NCBI GenBank assembly: GCA_963811625.1 | Contig: CAWERS010000001.1 | Coordinates: 28,320 to 92,319 of the forward strand | Length of the DNA stretch: 64,000 nucleotides | Reading direction: 5' to 3' | DNA from: an uncultured bacterium | GTDB lineage: Bacteria > Actinomycetota > Thermoleophilia > Solirubrobacterales > 70-9 | Part shown: one piece after another, positions 25,839-34,572 of the stretch | Layout: each line of letters starts with the position of its first letter | Position numbering within the stretch: the first letter of the stretch is position 1 | Notes under the pieces: model-generated | The model's database searches: none | What the model saw: only the letters and a program-made list of their open reading frames with translations | Told to the model about the DNA's origin: nothing | Made by a program: the position numbers and the translations under genes

Positions 25839-27551
25839 ATGCCCCTTCCCGTCCTCCTCGCTGTCGACGAAGACCGGCGCGCCCTCGAGGCCGTCGAAAC
25901 GCAGCTCGTCCAGCGCTATGCCCACGACTACCGGATCGAGACCGAGACCGATTCGGAGCAGGCGGTCCGGAGGCTCACAGAGCTGCGCGACGCCGGCGAA
26001 GAGGTGGCGCTGGTGCTCGTGGCCAAGTCGCCGTTGGACGCGACCGGCGGCGCGCTGCTGGAGGGAGCGCGGCAGCTCCACCCGCACGCAAAGCGGGGGC
26101 TGGTGGTGGCGGGCGGCGCCTGGACGGACCCGCCGACCGCCGAGGCGATCCTCGACTCGATGGCCCTGGGGCGAATCGACTACTACGTCGCCCAGCCGGC
26201 GGGCTCGCCGGATGAGGTGTTCCATCAGGCGATCTCGACCTTCCTGCTCGAGTGGGCGACGGAGCGACGGATGGTTCCGCACACCGTCCACATCGTCGGC
26301 GAGGCCTGGTCGGGCAGGGCGTACGAGCTCAGGGAGGTGTTCGAGCGCTGTGCGGCGCCGCATTCCTTCTGTCTCGCAGACTCAGAGCAGGGGCGCGAGT
26401 TTCTCGCAACGGCGGATCCGGGGGTGAAGCTCCCACTGATGGTGCTTCCCGACGGGCGGGCCCTGGGCGACCCCTCTGACGCCGAGATCGCGGACGCTGT
26501 CGGCGCCCCGCTCGACTTCGACGAGCAGGTCTATGACATCGCCATCGTGGGCGCCGGCCCGGCCGGCCTGTCGGCGGCCGTCTACGGCGCGTCCGAGGGG
26601 TTGCGCACCCTGGTGGTGGACGAGGGCGGCATCGGAGGGCAGGCCAGATCGAGCTCGCGGATCCGCAATTACCTGGGCTTTCCAAGCGGGCTCAGCGGGA
26701 GTCGGCTCGCTGAGCAGGCCCACGAGCAGGCCTCGGTGTTCGGGGCGAGCTTCGTGTTCATGCACGCGGCGACTGCGCTCGATCGCTCGGGGGACCGACT
26801 CGGGATCTCTCTCTCAGACGGCCGGCGCCTCACCGCCGCAGCGGTGATCCTCGCCACCGGCGCCAGCTACCGCCGCTTGGGCGCTCCCTCGCTCGAGGCC
26901 TTGAATGGCGCCGGCGTCTTCTACGGGGCGCCGGCCTCGGAGGCTCACGCGTTGATCGGAAGCGATGCGTACATCGCGGGTGGCGGGAACTCGGCCGGCC
27001 AGGCCGCGTTGCACCTTGCGCGTTACGCGCGTCGCGTCACGGTCGTTGTGCGCGCCGGATCGCTCGAGGCCGGGATGTCGCACTACCTCGTACGGGAGGT
27101 CAAGGCCACCCCGAACGTGGAAGTACACGTCGGCACCGAGGTGGTCGACGGGGGAGGCGATGGCCGTCTGCAGGAGTTGGTGCTTCGCGAGACGGCCACC
27201 GGCGACGAGAAGACGGTGGCCGCCGACGCCCTCTTCATCTTGATCGGCGCTCGGCCGCACACGGAGTGGCTGCCCGACGAGATAGCGACTGACCGACGGG
27301 GCTTCGTGTACACGGGCGAGGAGATCCCGGACGATCACGGCTGGCCGCTCGAGCGCCGGCCGTTCTCGCTCGAGACCAGCCTGCCCGGCGTGCTGGCGGC
27401 GGGGGACGTGCGACATGCCTCGGTCAAGCGCGTCGCCTCAGCGGTGGGGGAGGGCTCGATCGCAGTCCAACTAGTCCACAATCTATTCGAGGACGAGCGG
27501 CCACCGCCCGATCGAGGAAAGGTTGTGGCACCGCCGGTGGTACCGAACTGA
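25839..27551 (+). CDS. Thioredoxin-reductase-like FAD oxidoreductase fused to an N-terminal receiver-like domain
   Basis: 570-aa ORF. N-terminus VLLAVDEDRRALE...VALVLVAKSPLDATG has a receiver layout but Ala where the phospho-Asp is expected. C-terminal half has DIAIVGAGPAGLSAAVYGASEG and GGGNSAGQAALHLA. It has VFYGAPASEA where TrxR carries CxxC. Confidence 0.8.
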   Translation: MPLPVLLAVDEDRRALEAVETQLVQRYAHDYRIETETDSEQAVRRLTELRDAGEEVALVLVAKSPLDATGGALLEGARQLHPHAKRGLVVAGGAWTDPPTAEAILDSMALGRIDYYVAQPAGSPDEVFHQAISTFLLEWATERRMVPHTVHIVGEAWSGRAYELREVFERCAAPHSFCLADSEQGREFLATADPGVKLPLMVLPDGRALGDPSDAEIADAVGAPLDFDEQVYDIAIVGAGPAGLSAAVYGASEGLRTLVVDEGGIGGQARSSSRIRNYLGFPSGLSGSRLAEQAHEQASVFGASFVFMHAATALDRSGDRLGISLSDGRRLTAAAVILATGASYRRLGAPSLEALNGAGVFYGAPASEAHALIGSDAYIAGGGNSAGQAALHLARYARRVTVVVRAGSLEAGMSHYLVREVKATPNVEVHVGTEVVDGGGDGRLQELVLRETATGDEKTVAADALFILIGARPHTEWLPDEIATDRRGFVYTGEEIPDDHGWPLERRPFSLETSLPGVLAAGDVRHASVKRVASAVGEGSIAVQLVHNLFEDERPPPDRGKVVAPPVVPN

Positions 27552-27597
27552 GCGAAACTCAGCTGACCGCAGAGTGTCTCATCGCGCCTGAGCAAGC
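27535..27597 (+). repeat. Intergenic repeat family 3, copy E2
   Basis: CGGTGGTACCGAACTGAGCGAAACTCAGCTGACCGCAGAGTGTCTCATCGCGCCTGAGCAAGC. Overlaps the last 6 codons of the preceding gene. Confidence 0.75.
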
Positions 27598-27715
27598 GCG
27601 AGAGGACTCAGGCGAGTATCGAAGGCGGCAGCGGGCCGTTGCCATAGGTCGACTCATACGCGACGACCACTTTCATCGGGCGGATCCTGTGGGTGGGCGC
27701 CGATAGCGTGGGTCC

Positions 27716-28579
27716 ATGCGAATAGCGACCTGGAACGTGAACTCGGTCAAGCCCCGAGTGCCCCGACTGCTGCCGTGGTTGGATGAGCGGCGACCGGATG
27801 TGGTTTGTCTGCAAGAGACCAAGCTCGCGGATGAGGCGTTCGGCGAGCTCCTCGGCGACGAGCTCGCCGAGCGCGGCTACAACATCGCCGTTCACGGCCA
27901 GGCGACCTGGAACGGGGTGGCAATCCTCTCGCGCGTCGGACTGGAGGACGCCGTCTCGGGGCTCGCCGGCGCACCGGGCTTCCCGCATCCCGAGGCGCGC
28001 GCTGTGTCCGCCACCTGTGGCGGGATTCGGGTGCTCTCGGTGTATGTACCGAACGGGCGCGAGCCCGGCTCGGAGCACTATGAGTACAAGCTCGCGTGGC
28101 TCGCCTCCTTGCGGGAGATGGTTGCCGCCGGTCCGGGGGGAATGGTCGTATGCGGCGACATGAACATCGCGCCGACCGACGACGATGTGTTCGATCCGGA
28201 CGCCTACGTCGGCCAGACCCACGTGACACCGCCCGAGCGGGCGGCGCTGGCGGAACTGCAGGCGCTCGGTCTGCGTGACGTTGTGCGCGATCGCTGGCCG
28301 AATGAGCGGGTGTTCACCTACTGGGACTACCGGGCAGGAATGTTCCATCAGGACCTCGGGATGCGGATCGATCTGGTGCTGGCCAGCGAGACGGTCGCCG
28401 GCCGCGTTCGAGCGGCATGGGTGGACCGCCAGGCTCGCAAGGGCAGCGGGCCGAGCGATCACGCGCCGGTGATCGTCGACCTAGATGAGGCGCCGGACGG
28501 GGACATCGGGCCGGTCGTGCCGCCGCCGTCCGCCCCAGTGACTACCCGCGGCGCGGCCACGCTGCCGCAGTCGCCTTAA
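27716..28579 (+). CDS. xthA: Exodeoxyribonuclease III
   Basis: MRIATWNVNSV, VVCLQETK, WDYR and SDHAPV motifs, plus a short Pro-rich C-terminal extension. Confidence 0.9.
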   Translation: MRIATWNVNSVKPRVPRLLPWLDERRPDVVCLQETKLADEAFGELLGDELAERGYNIAVHGQATWNGVAILSRVGLEDAVSGLAGAPGFPHPEARAVSATCGGIRVLSVYVPNGREPGSEHYEYKLAWLASLREMVAAGPGGMVVCGDMNIAPTDDDVFDPDAYVGQTHVTPPERAALAELQALGLRDVVRDRWPNERVFTYWDYRAGMFHQDLGMRIDLVLASETVAGRVRAAWVDRQARKGSGPSDHAPVIVDLDEAPDGDIGPVVPPPSAPVTTRGAATLPQSP

Positions 28580-28589
28580 CCGACCAAGG

Positions 28590-29657
28590 TCATGCCCGCC
28601 GGCGGTCGCGATCGCGCGAGGGTTGAACCCGCTTCGGCTCTCCGGGCATCTTGGGATAGTCGGGCGGGTAGGGCATGTCGCCCTCTCCCTCGGCGGCGTC
28701 GTTCTCGTACATGTCCAGCAACGGCTGCAGCGAATGGGCTGCGTCGTCGATGGCCGCGTGGCGATCGCCTACCTCCGCGAAGCGCGCTGGCATCGTTTCG
28801 ACCGTGAAGTCCTCGGGCGCGACCTCCGGGAGCTCGTCCCACGTAAGCGGTGCGGACACCGGCGCACCGGGCTTCGGCCGCACGCTGTAGGCCGAGGCGA
28901 TGGTGCGATCGCGCGCGTTCTGGTTGTAGTCGATGAAGATGCGCTCGCCGCGCTCCTCCTTCCACCATTTTGTCGTCACCCGGCCCGAGAGACGTCGCTC
29001 GAGCTCGCGCCCGAAGGCGATCGCGGCGTGGCGAACGTCGGTGAAGGTCCAGCGCGGCTCGATCCGGACGTAGATGTGGAGGCCGCGGCCTCCGGATGTC
29101 TTCGGGAAACCGGTGTATCCAAGCTCGTCCAAGAGGACGCGTGCCTCACCAGCGACGCGCACGGCGTCGGCGAAGTCCGTGCCCGGCTGCGGGTCCAGGT
29201 CGATGCGCAGCTCGTCTGGATGGTCGACGTCGTCGTTGCGAACCGGCCACGGATGAAACGTGATCGTGCCCATCTGGGCCGCCCAGCCGACGACGGCGAT
29301 CTCCGTTGGACAGATCTCATCGGCGTGACGACCCGACGGGAACTCGATTCGTGCCGTCTGCACGTAGTCCGGAGCTCCGCGTGGAATGCGCTTTTGAAAA
29401 AAGGCGTCGCCACCCCCCTTCTCACGCGTCGAGAGCACGATGCCCGGATGCACGCCTTTGGGCCATCGCTCGAGCGTCGTCGGCCGCCGGTCGAGCGCGC
29501 GCATGATGCCGTCCTCGACGGCGAGGTAGTACTTGACGACGTCGAGCTTTGTGATCGTGCCCGAGCGCCCGGTCGACGGGAAGATCACGCGAGTGGGACT
29601 GGACACACGTAGATCGCGCCCGCCGGCATCGACGATCGTGGCATCGGCCGCGGTCAT
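28590..29657 (-). CDS. Non-homologous end-joining polymerase/primase (stand-alone LigD PolDom)
   Basis: 355-aa ORF with FPKTSGGRGLHIYV, IDYNQNARDRTIASAYSVRP and APVSAPLTWDEL, typical of the LigD polymerase domain. Confidence 0.85.
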   Translation of the reverse strand: MTAADATIVDAGGRDLRVSSPTRVIFPSTGRSGTITKLDVVKYYLAVEDGIMRALDRRPTTLERWPKGVHPGIVLSTREKGGGDAFFQKRIPRGAPDYVQTARIEFPSGRHADEICPTEIAVVGWAAQMGTITFHPWPVRNDDVDHPDELRIDLDPQPGTDFADAVRVAGEARVLLDELGYTGFPKTSGGRGLHIYVRIEPRWTFTDVRHAAIAFGRELERRLSGRVTTKWWKEERGERIFIDYNQNARDRTIASAYSVRPKPGAPVSAPLTWDELPEVAPEDFTVETMPARFAEVGDRHAAIDDAAHSLQPLLDMYENDAAEGEGDMPYPPDYPKMPGEPKRVQPSRDRDRRRA

Positions 29658-29720
29658 CCCGGAGTTCTACGGCAACGACACCCAGCGCGGATTCCGGGCT
29701 AGGGGTGCGCGATCGCGAGA

Positions 29721-29775
29721 CCTAGGTGCTCGCACCCGGGTCTAGATCAGCCTCCGGGTTGAGCACCCTAAGGGG
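29721..29775 (+). repeat. Intergenic repeat family 2, partial copy R3
   Basis: CCTAGGTGCT...TCTAGATCAGCCTCCGGGTTGAGCACCCTAAGG shares the CCTAGG / TCTAGATC / GCCTCCGGGyTGAGmACCC core with 7284-7320. Confidence 0.55.
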
Positions 29776-29968
29776 CGGGCTGTTGCCTTCCCATATCCGG
29801 AGGCATTGACCCCGATTCTCGCGGGGCGTAGCCAGCGGCGGTTGAAATCGGCTGTCGACCTGGCGAGGCACCCGCGCGTTTCCTTACCGAACCCTTGCCT
29901 CGGCTTGGCCTCGACCTTGGCGGCCCCTGATCACACTCGCTTACACCAAGAGTGTCTCCCAGAAAGGA

Positions 29969-30307
29969 GTGATCATGAGAGGCATATTCAGAAGCAGGCT
30001 TGGGCTCGGCTTGGTCGCGCTCATCGCGGCTCTCAGCATGGCGTCCCTCGCCGTCCCGGCGGCGCTGGCATCGAAGAACGAGGACCTCCGCGGCAAGGTA
30101 GTCTCGACTCATGTCCACCCCAGGACCGTCAACGTCCATAACCGGTCCAGGGGCACGGTGCGCTTCCGGGTCACGAAGCAGACCAGGTACGAGCACATCA
30201 AGGGGTTCTCGGCGCTGAAGCCTGGCCTCAAGGTCGAGGTACACGCCAAGCAACGGAACGGCGGTTGGGTCGCAACCAAGATCGACCGCCGCAGCTCGCA
30301 CTCCTAG
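29969..30307 (+). CDS. Small secreted protein of unknown function
   Basis: AGAAAGGAG lies 6 nt before the ATG. Signal peptide MIMRGIFRSRLGLGLVALIAALSMASLAVPAALA. 112 aa. Confidence 0.75.
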   Translation: MIMRGIFRSRLGLGLVALIAALSMASLAVPAALASKNEDLRGKVVSTHVHPRTVNVHNRSRGTVRFRVTKQTRYEHIKGFSALKPGLKVEVHAKQRNGGWVATKIDRRSSHS

Positions 30308-30309
30308 CT

Positions 30310-30338
30310 GTAGCGAGCGACCGATCCGACCGTATCGG
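30310..30338 (+). repeat. Intergenic repeat family 1, short partial copy
   Basis: GTAGCGAGCGACCGATCCGACCGTATCGG resembles the GTAGCGAGAnACGAATCGGnCCnCCGATCGG core of copies A and B. Confidence 0.4.
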
Positions 30339-30540
30339 CGCTTTCGGCCTCTCGGACAGAAGCCACAGCCAACTCGGTGACGGCCTCGGCGGCCGTGGGA
30401 ATTGGGACCGGGGAAAAGAGATCCCGGTGAGCTCATTGGTTCGCGTATTTCTAGGCGCCGGGGCCGAGCACCGAAATGGTCAGCACCCTGTACCAAGCCG
30501 AACCCCCATCTTCGCCCGGCTCCCGAGCGGGTCAGGAAGC

Positions 30541-30571
30541 GAGAAGGGCGGCAGGGGGTGCCGCCCTTCTC
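30541..30571. terminator. Strong GC hairpin (terminator-like)
   Basis: GAGAAGGGCGGC-agggggt-GCCGCCCTTCTC, a perfect 12-bp stem. There is no U-tract on either strand, and it lies in a 475-nt gene-free region. Confidence 0.45.
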
Positions 30572-30743
30572 CAATCGCTAGCGCTGATGGTGCCGAAGCT
30601 GCGCTAGAGGTGCAGACCCACTCCGTTGGGGTGCATGGAGTTCGGAGCGGGACTATCTGCCCCATGTAACACCCTCGAACGCGGAGAGTTGCCCCGAAAG
30701 CTGCAGGCGCGACACTCTGAAGTCGATCGAAATGGACGACGGT

Positions 30744-30778
30744 GCTCACCCGGCCCGCAGATACCGGCGCGGGTGAGC
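30744..30778 (-). terminator. Hairpin downstream of the Cys-repeat secreted protein gene
   Basis: GCTCACCCG (30744-30752) pairs with CGGGTGAGC (30770-30778), with further pairing inside the loop. It lies 5 nt past the stop at 30783. Confidence 0.5.
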
Positions 30779-30782
30779 GGAG

Positions 30783-31744
30783 CTAGGCCGGCTTGACGCA
30801 GATCGCGTGAACGAGAAGCGCGGCCGGGTCGGCGCCCGGGCTGAGCTGGACCGTCGCCCGCCAGCCGTCATCGGGCGCTTTGGCCTTGTCGCCGCCGTCG
30901 AACGGCTCCGAGGCGTCGATTCGCGAGAAGAAGCCCTGCACGCCGCCCCCGCTCACGTGCCATCCGCCCTTGGGGCAGCTGCGCCTCACCGTCGATGCGC
31001 CGGGGAAGACCACCTTGGCGGTGAACCGGTAGCGCATCTTCATCACCCCACCGGGCAGACAGATCGCGTGCGCAACCGGCGTGCGGTTGACGGTGCTGTT
31101 GTTGACGTTCAGCTTCCCCGACCACCCCTCGTCGAACACCTTGTCCGAGTCGATGTCCCTTGGGTGGCTGGAGTTCAGCTGCTCCTCGAACTGGGTCGTC
31201 GCCGCTCCGGGGATCCTCAGGCCGCCGCCTACGACTCGCCCCGAGGCGCAGTTCACCGACGCCCCCGTGCCGACGCTGCTCCCCATCGTGATCAGGGGTC
31301 CGAGACCGGTGTTGTAGAGCAGGCTGGAGCCGCCCTTCGTGTTGCGCAGGCAGATCGCCACGGACTTGGCGGTCCGGGTCGCTGCGGACGCGTTGAACGT
31401 CTCCGCCGTGTAGCCGTCATCGGCGAGCGAATCCGCGTCGACGAAGTCGAACGGGGCGATCGAGCCGATGCGCACCTGGTCGGCCGGCCGCTGATCCTGC
31501 CCCCGCCGCCCGCGACCCTGAAGCCGGTGGGGCAGACGACGAAGGCGTTGCCGTCGTCGTCTGCGGGCGCGGAGGCCGTGTCGCTGACATATCGGAACGG
31601 CCCGGCCTGGGTGCTCACGAGGCCGCCGAGCGCCGTCGCCGGGCCGATCGCGAGCGAGGCCGCGCCGACCGCTGTCGCCGCCAACACCCCTGCCAGCCGC
31701 CCGACGCCGTTCGCTCGAATCTCGACCTCCTTGTGGCCAATCAT
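30783..31744 (-). pseudogene. Secreted protein with three Cys/GGG repeats, split by an apparent frameshift
   Basis: Signal peptide and first repeat (FVVCPTGFRVAGGGGRISG) are in the frame of ORF 31292-31792. The remainder (ADQVRIGSIAPFDFVDADS...) is in the frame of ORF 30783-31475. Total length is 962 nt (3n+2). The frames switch within GGCCGGCCG at about 31478-31495. Confidence 0.65.
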
Positions 31745-31815
31745 GGGAGGGTGCGAAGGCTGTGTCAAGGGGCGCGGGCCGCTCTGGACCAATTACCGAG
31801 CGCGGTGCCCGGGTG

Positions 31816-32979
31816 TCAGCTCGCCGGCAGTGCCAGCAATGCGATCGCGGCCATCAGCGCGGCGAGGGCCCCGTAGCCGAGCTTGCGGAGGGCGCCATCG
31901 CATGTGCGTAGCGCGATCACGCATTGGGCGCAGTAGTAGGCAGCAAAGGCGCGCGAGGCCACGGCGATGATGGTCAGCGTCGGCACGGTCCAGATCAGCC
32001 CAACCGCGGCGATCCCGTTCAGCGCATAGGCTCGGGGACCGCGCATGACTCTGCTCGCGAGCGAGTGAAGGTTGCCGCCCACCGCGGCCGAGTCTGCGGT
32101 CGCGGCGCTGAGCTGGCTGAGCACCGCGCACACCACGAGCACCGGTGCCAGGCCGGCGGCCACCCGCTCAGTGATGTCGAGCAGGTCAGCGTCTACCCCA
32201 GCGGGCGTTCCGAGCCCCATCAACGGGGTGCAGACGATGACGAAGCCGAGATAGATGGAGGCGGCGACCAGCTGGGCTACGCGGGAGGCCCAGATCCTCG
32301 TCGGTCCGTCGTACTCCTCACCCAGGTAGCGAACCGTCTCGAACCCCTGCACCGCGATCAGGACTCCACCGACCATCAGCAATGCGGTGCCGAGCCCAGT
32401 GTCGGTCAACGGCGGCAGGTGGAGCCCGTCTGCGACCAGATCATGAGCGTCTGTGACGAAGAACGCCGCCCCAAGCGCCGTCGTCATCACGAGCACCGCG
32501 ATCAGGGCGATCCGCTCGAGAATGTCGAGTCCGGCAAAGCCTCGAACCACCCCGACCGCGGTGATCCCGATCACCGCCGCCGAGGCCAGCGCCCGCTCGG
32601 CATCCACGGAGCCGGGGCCGATGAAGTTGACGATGTACTGGGCCATGATCCGCAGGTAGAGCGCCACCGAGATCACATAGGCGATCACGATCAGCACGTC
32701 CCCGATCCGCTCCAAGCGTTCGGTCAGCGGATCGAGGCTCTCGGATGCCACCAGCGGCTCGACGGTGCTGATGATGTGGCGGATCGCAGATCCGACGAAC
32801 CAGGCGACCGTGCAGACCCCGATCACCCCGAGGATCGCCAGAGGTCCGATCGAGCGCTCCAGCACCGGGACCAGGATCAGGAATCCGCTGCCGAAGATCG
32901 AAGCGAGCGGCGTCACCGTGGCCAGGAGCACGGATCGGCGACTGACGGCAGGAGCGTGACCCGGCATCGGCGGATTCAA
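31816..32979 (-). CDS. Polytopic membrane protein of unknown family
   Basis: 387-aa ORF with about 10-11 hydrophobic helices and high GC3. Confidence 0.65.
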   Translation of the reverse strand: MNPPMPGHAPAVSRRSVLLATVTPLASIFGSGFLILVPVLERSIGPLAILGVIGVCTVAWFVGSAIRHIISTVEPLVASESLDPLTERLERIGDVLIVIAYVISVALYLRIMAQYIVNFIGPGSVDAERALASAAVIGITAVGVVRGFAGLDILERIALIAVLVMTTALGAAFFVTDAHDLVADGLHLPPLTDTGLGTALLMVGGVLIAVQGFETVRYLGEEYDGPTRIWASRVAQLVAASIYLGFVIVCTPLMGLGTPAGVDADLLDITERVAAGLAPVLVVCAVLSQLSAATADSAAVGGNLHSLASRVMRGPRAYALNGIAAVGLIWTVPTLTIIAVASRAFAAYYCAQCVIALRTCDGALRKLGYGALAALMAAIALLALPAS

Positions 32980-33057
32980 GGCGGTCTATGCTGACTCAAT
33001 GGCCGAGAGGGTGTTGAGCTCTGCGCGAAACACCTACGTCCACGGGCGCTAGCGGGT

Positions 33058-33267
33058 GTGTTGACTTACGCGGAAGTCAGGCTCATGAACGGTGACGTCG
33101 TCACGGTGGAGGGAGCACTGGACGAGGTCGAGGGCAAGCTCTCCGATGCTGCTCGATCAGGCCAATCGCGTCTGGCCTGGTTCGCGCAGCACGGGACCGC
33201 TGATTCAATCGGCATTAACCCGGCCCACGTGGCCACTTTGAGGGTTAGCGGGATCTCAGACTCATAA
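33058..33267 (+). CDS. Hypothetical small protein
   Basis: 69-aa ORF with GTG start, moderate GC3 and a TAA stop. No recognised domain. Confidence 0.35.
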   Translation: MLTYAEVRLMNGDVVTVEGALDEVEGKLSDAARSGQSRLAWFAQHGTADSIGINPAHVATLRVSGISDS

Positions 33268-33550
33268 CCCGAAGGTCGCGGCCCCGCTGCTGGTGAAGCC
33301 CCGCTTGTTCTCACCCACTGGACCCTGGACGTCGATCCCCGGGGTATTGACGCTTGATCTGCGCTGGGTTGCCTCTCACTCTCGCTTGCGCAAGCGGGAT
33401 GCGCGGTCTGGGGCCACCTCATTCCCGCGACTAGGCTCGCCCTCCGGGAACGAGTAGGGGTCCCTCGGGGGCATCCCCAATAGATGAGAGGGCGATTGGC
33501 TGGGAGCCTCGGCAGGCAAGCAATCGACAGCCTGCAAGGAGGCATTCCCG

Positions 33551-34572
33551 ATGAACGACGACACTCCAACGATCGAAAACCCTGAGCCACCCGACCGAGA
33601 GGAACCCACCGCTCCGACCGAGGTCCAGGAGCCGGAGGCAGGGCCACAGCGGCTCATGCGCTCGACGGGCGACCGCGTGATCGCCGGCGTGGCCGGCGGT
33701 CTCGGCCGCTACTTCGGCGTCGACCCCGTGATGTTTCGGATCGGCTTCGTGATCTCCGTGTTCTTCGGAGGTCTCGGCGCGGTCGCCTACGGGTTGCTCT
33801 GGCTGTTCGTCCCCACGGACGGAGAGCCAGATCGCGGCGAGCGCGCGGGCGGGCGCCTGCGGCGCGTCGGATTGTGGCGCGGGCTCGGGCTAGCATTCGT
33901 GGCGTTGATCGGCCTCGGCGCGCTGTTGTCACTCGCGGCCATCGCGGCCTTCGGCGTCGCCGTTGGCTGGGGCATCCCCATCGCGGCGACGATTGTCGGG
34001 CTGGGCATCGGGCTCGTGGCGATGTCGTTCCGCGGCCGCGCTCGCTGGCTGATCCCGCCGGCCGTGGCTCTCGCTGTCGGAGGGGGCGTTGCGGCGGCGA
34101 CCGACCTGGACTTCCGGGGCGGGATCGGCGACCGCGAATACCGCCCCTGTCGGCCAAGGCGATCCCAGCCGATGGCTACAAGCTCGGGATCGGGCGCTTG
34201 ATCGTCGACCTGCGGGACCTGAACTGGGAGCAGCAGAGGGTGGTGCATCTGGACGCACGGCTCGGCGCGGGGCAGTCGAACGTGTTCGTACCGGCCAACG
34301 TCTGCGTCGTCGGCTCGACCCATGTCGGCGCCGGCGAGAGCGAGGTGGTCGGGCGGCTGAACCAGGGGTTCAATGTGGACCACTCGCCGGGTTCGTCTGC
34401 GACCACCGCCAAACCGAGGCTCGTCCTCGATGCGAAGGTCCAGACCGGTCAGCTCCGGGTGATCAACAACAACCGCGCCAGCGTGGACAAGCCCGGCTCC
34501 GGGCCGGGCCCATACCACGAGGATTCGGCGCCACTGCGCGCGGCGGAGGCAAGGGCGTGCGCGACGGGCTGA
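33551..34572 (+). pseudogene. PspC-domain membrane protein, split by an apparent 1-nt frameshift
   Basis: AGGAGG lies before the ATG at 33551. PspC domain RVIAGVAGGLGRYFGVDPVMFRIGFVI. GGIGDREYRP in frame 1 continues as LSAKAIPADGYKLGIGRLIVDLRDL in the frame of ORF 33874-34572. Total length is 1022 nt (3n+2). Extending the C4 run at 34144-34147 to C5 restores the frame. Confidence 0.8.

Noticed and set aside
25748-26215. A 155-aa ORF that begins in the Nfu relic and runs into the TrxR-like gene.
   Set aside because: It is out of frame with the clearly coding 25839-27551 ORF, and beyond the 15-aa Nfu-like stretch it is low-complexity. It is treated as a relic plus shadow ORF.
2822-29775. The idea that repeat-bracketed genes represent an integron-like cassette array.
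   Set aside because: There is no integrase gene and no attC-type R/L core sites (GTTRRRY). The bracketed genes lie in mixed orientations, and the three repeat families are unrelated to each other.
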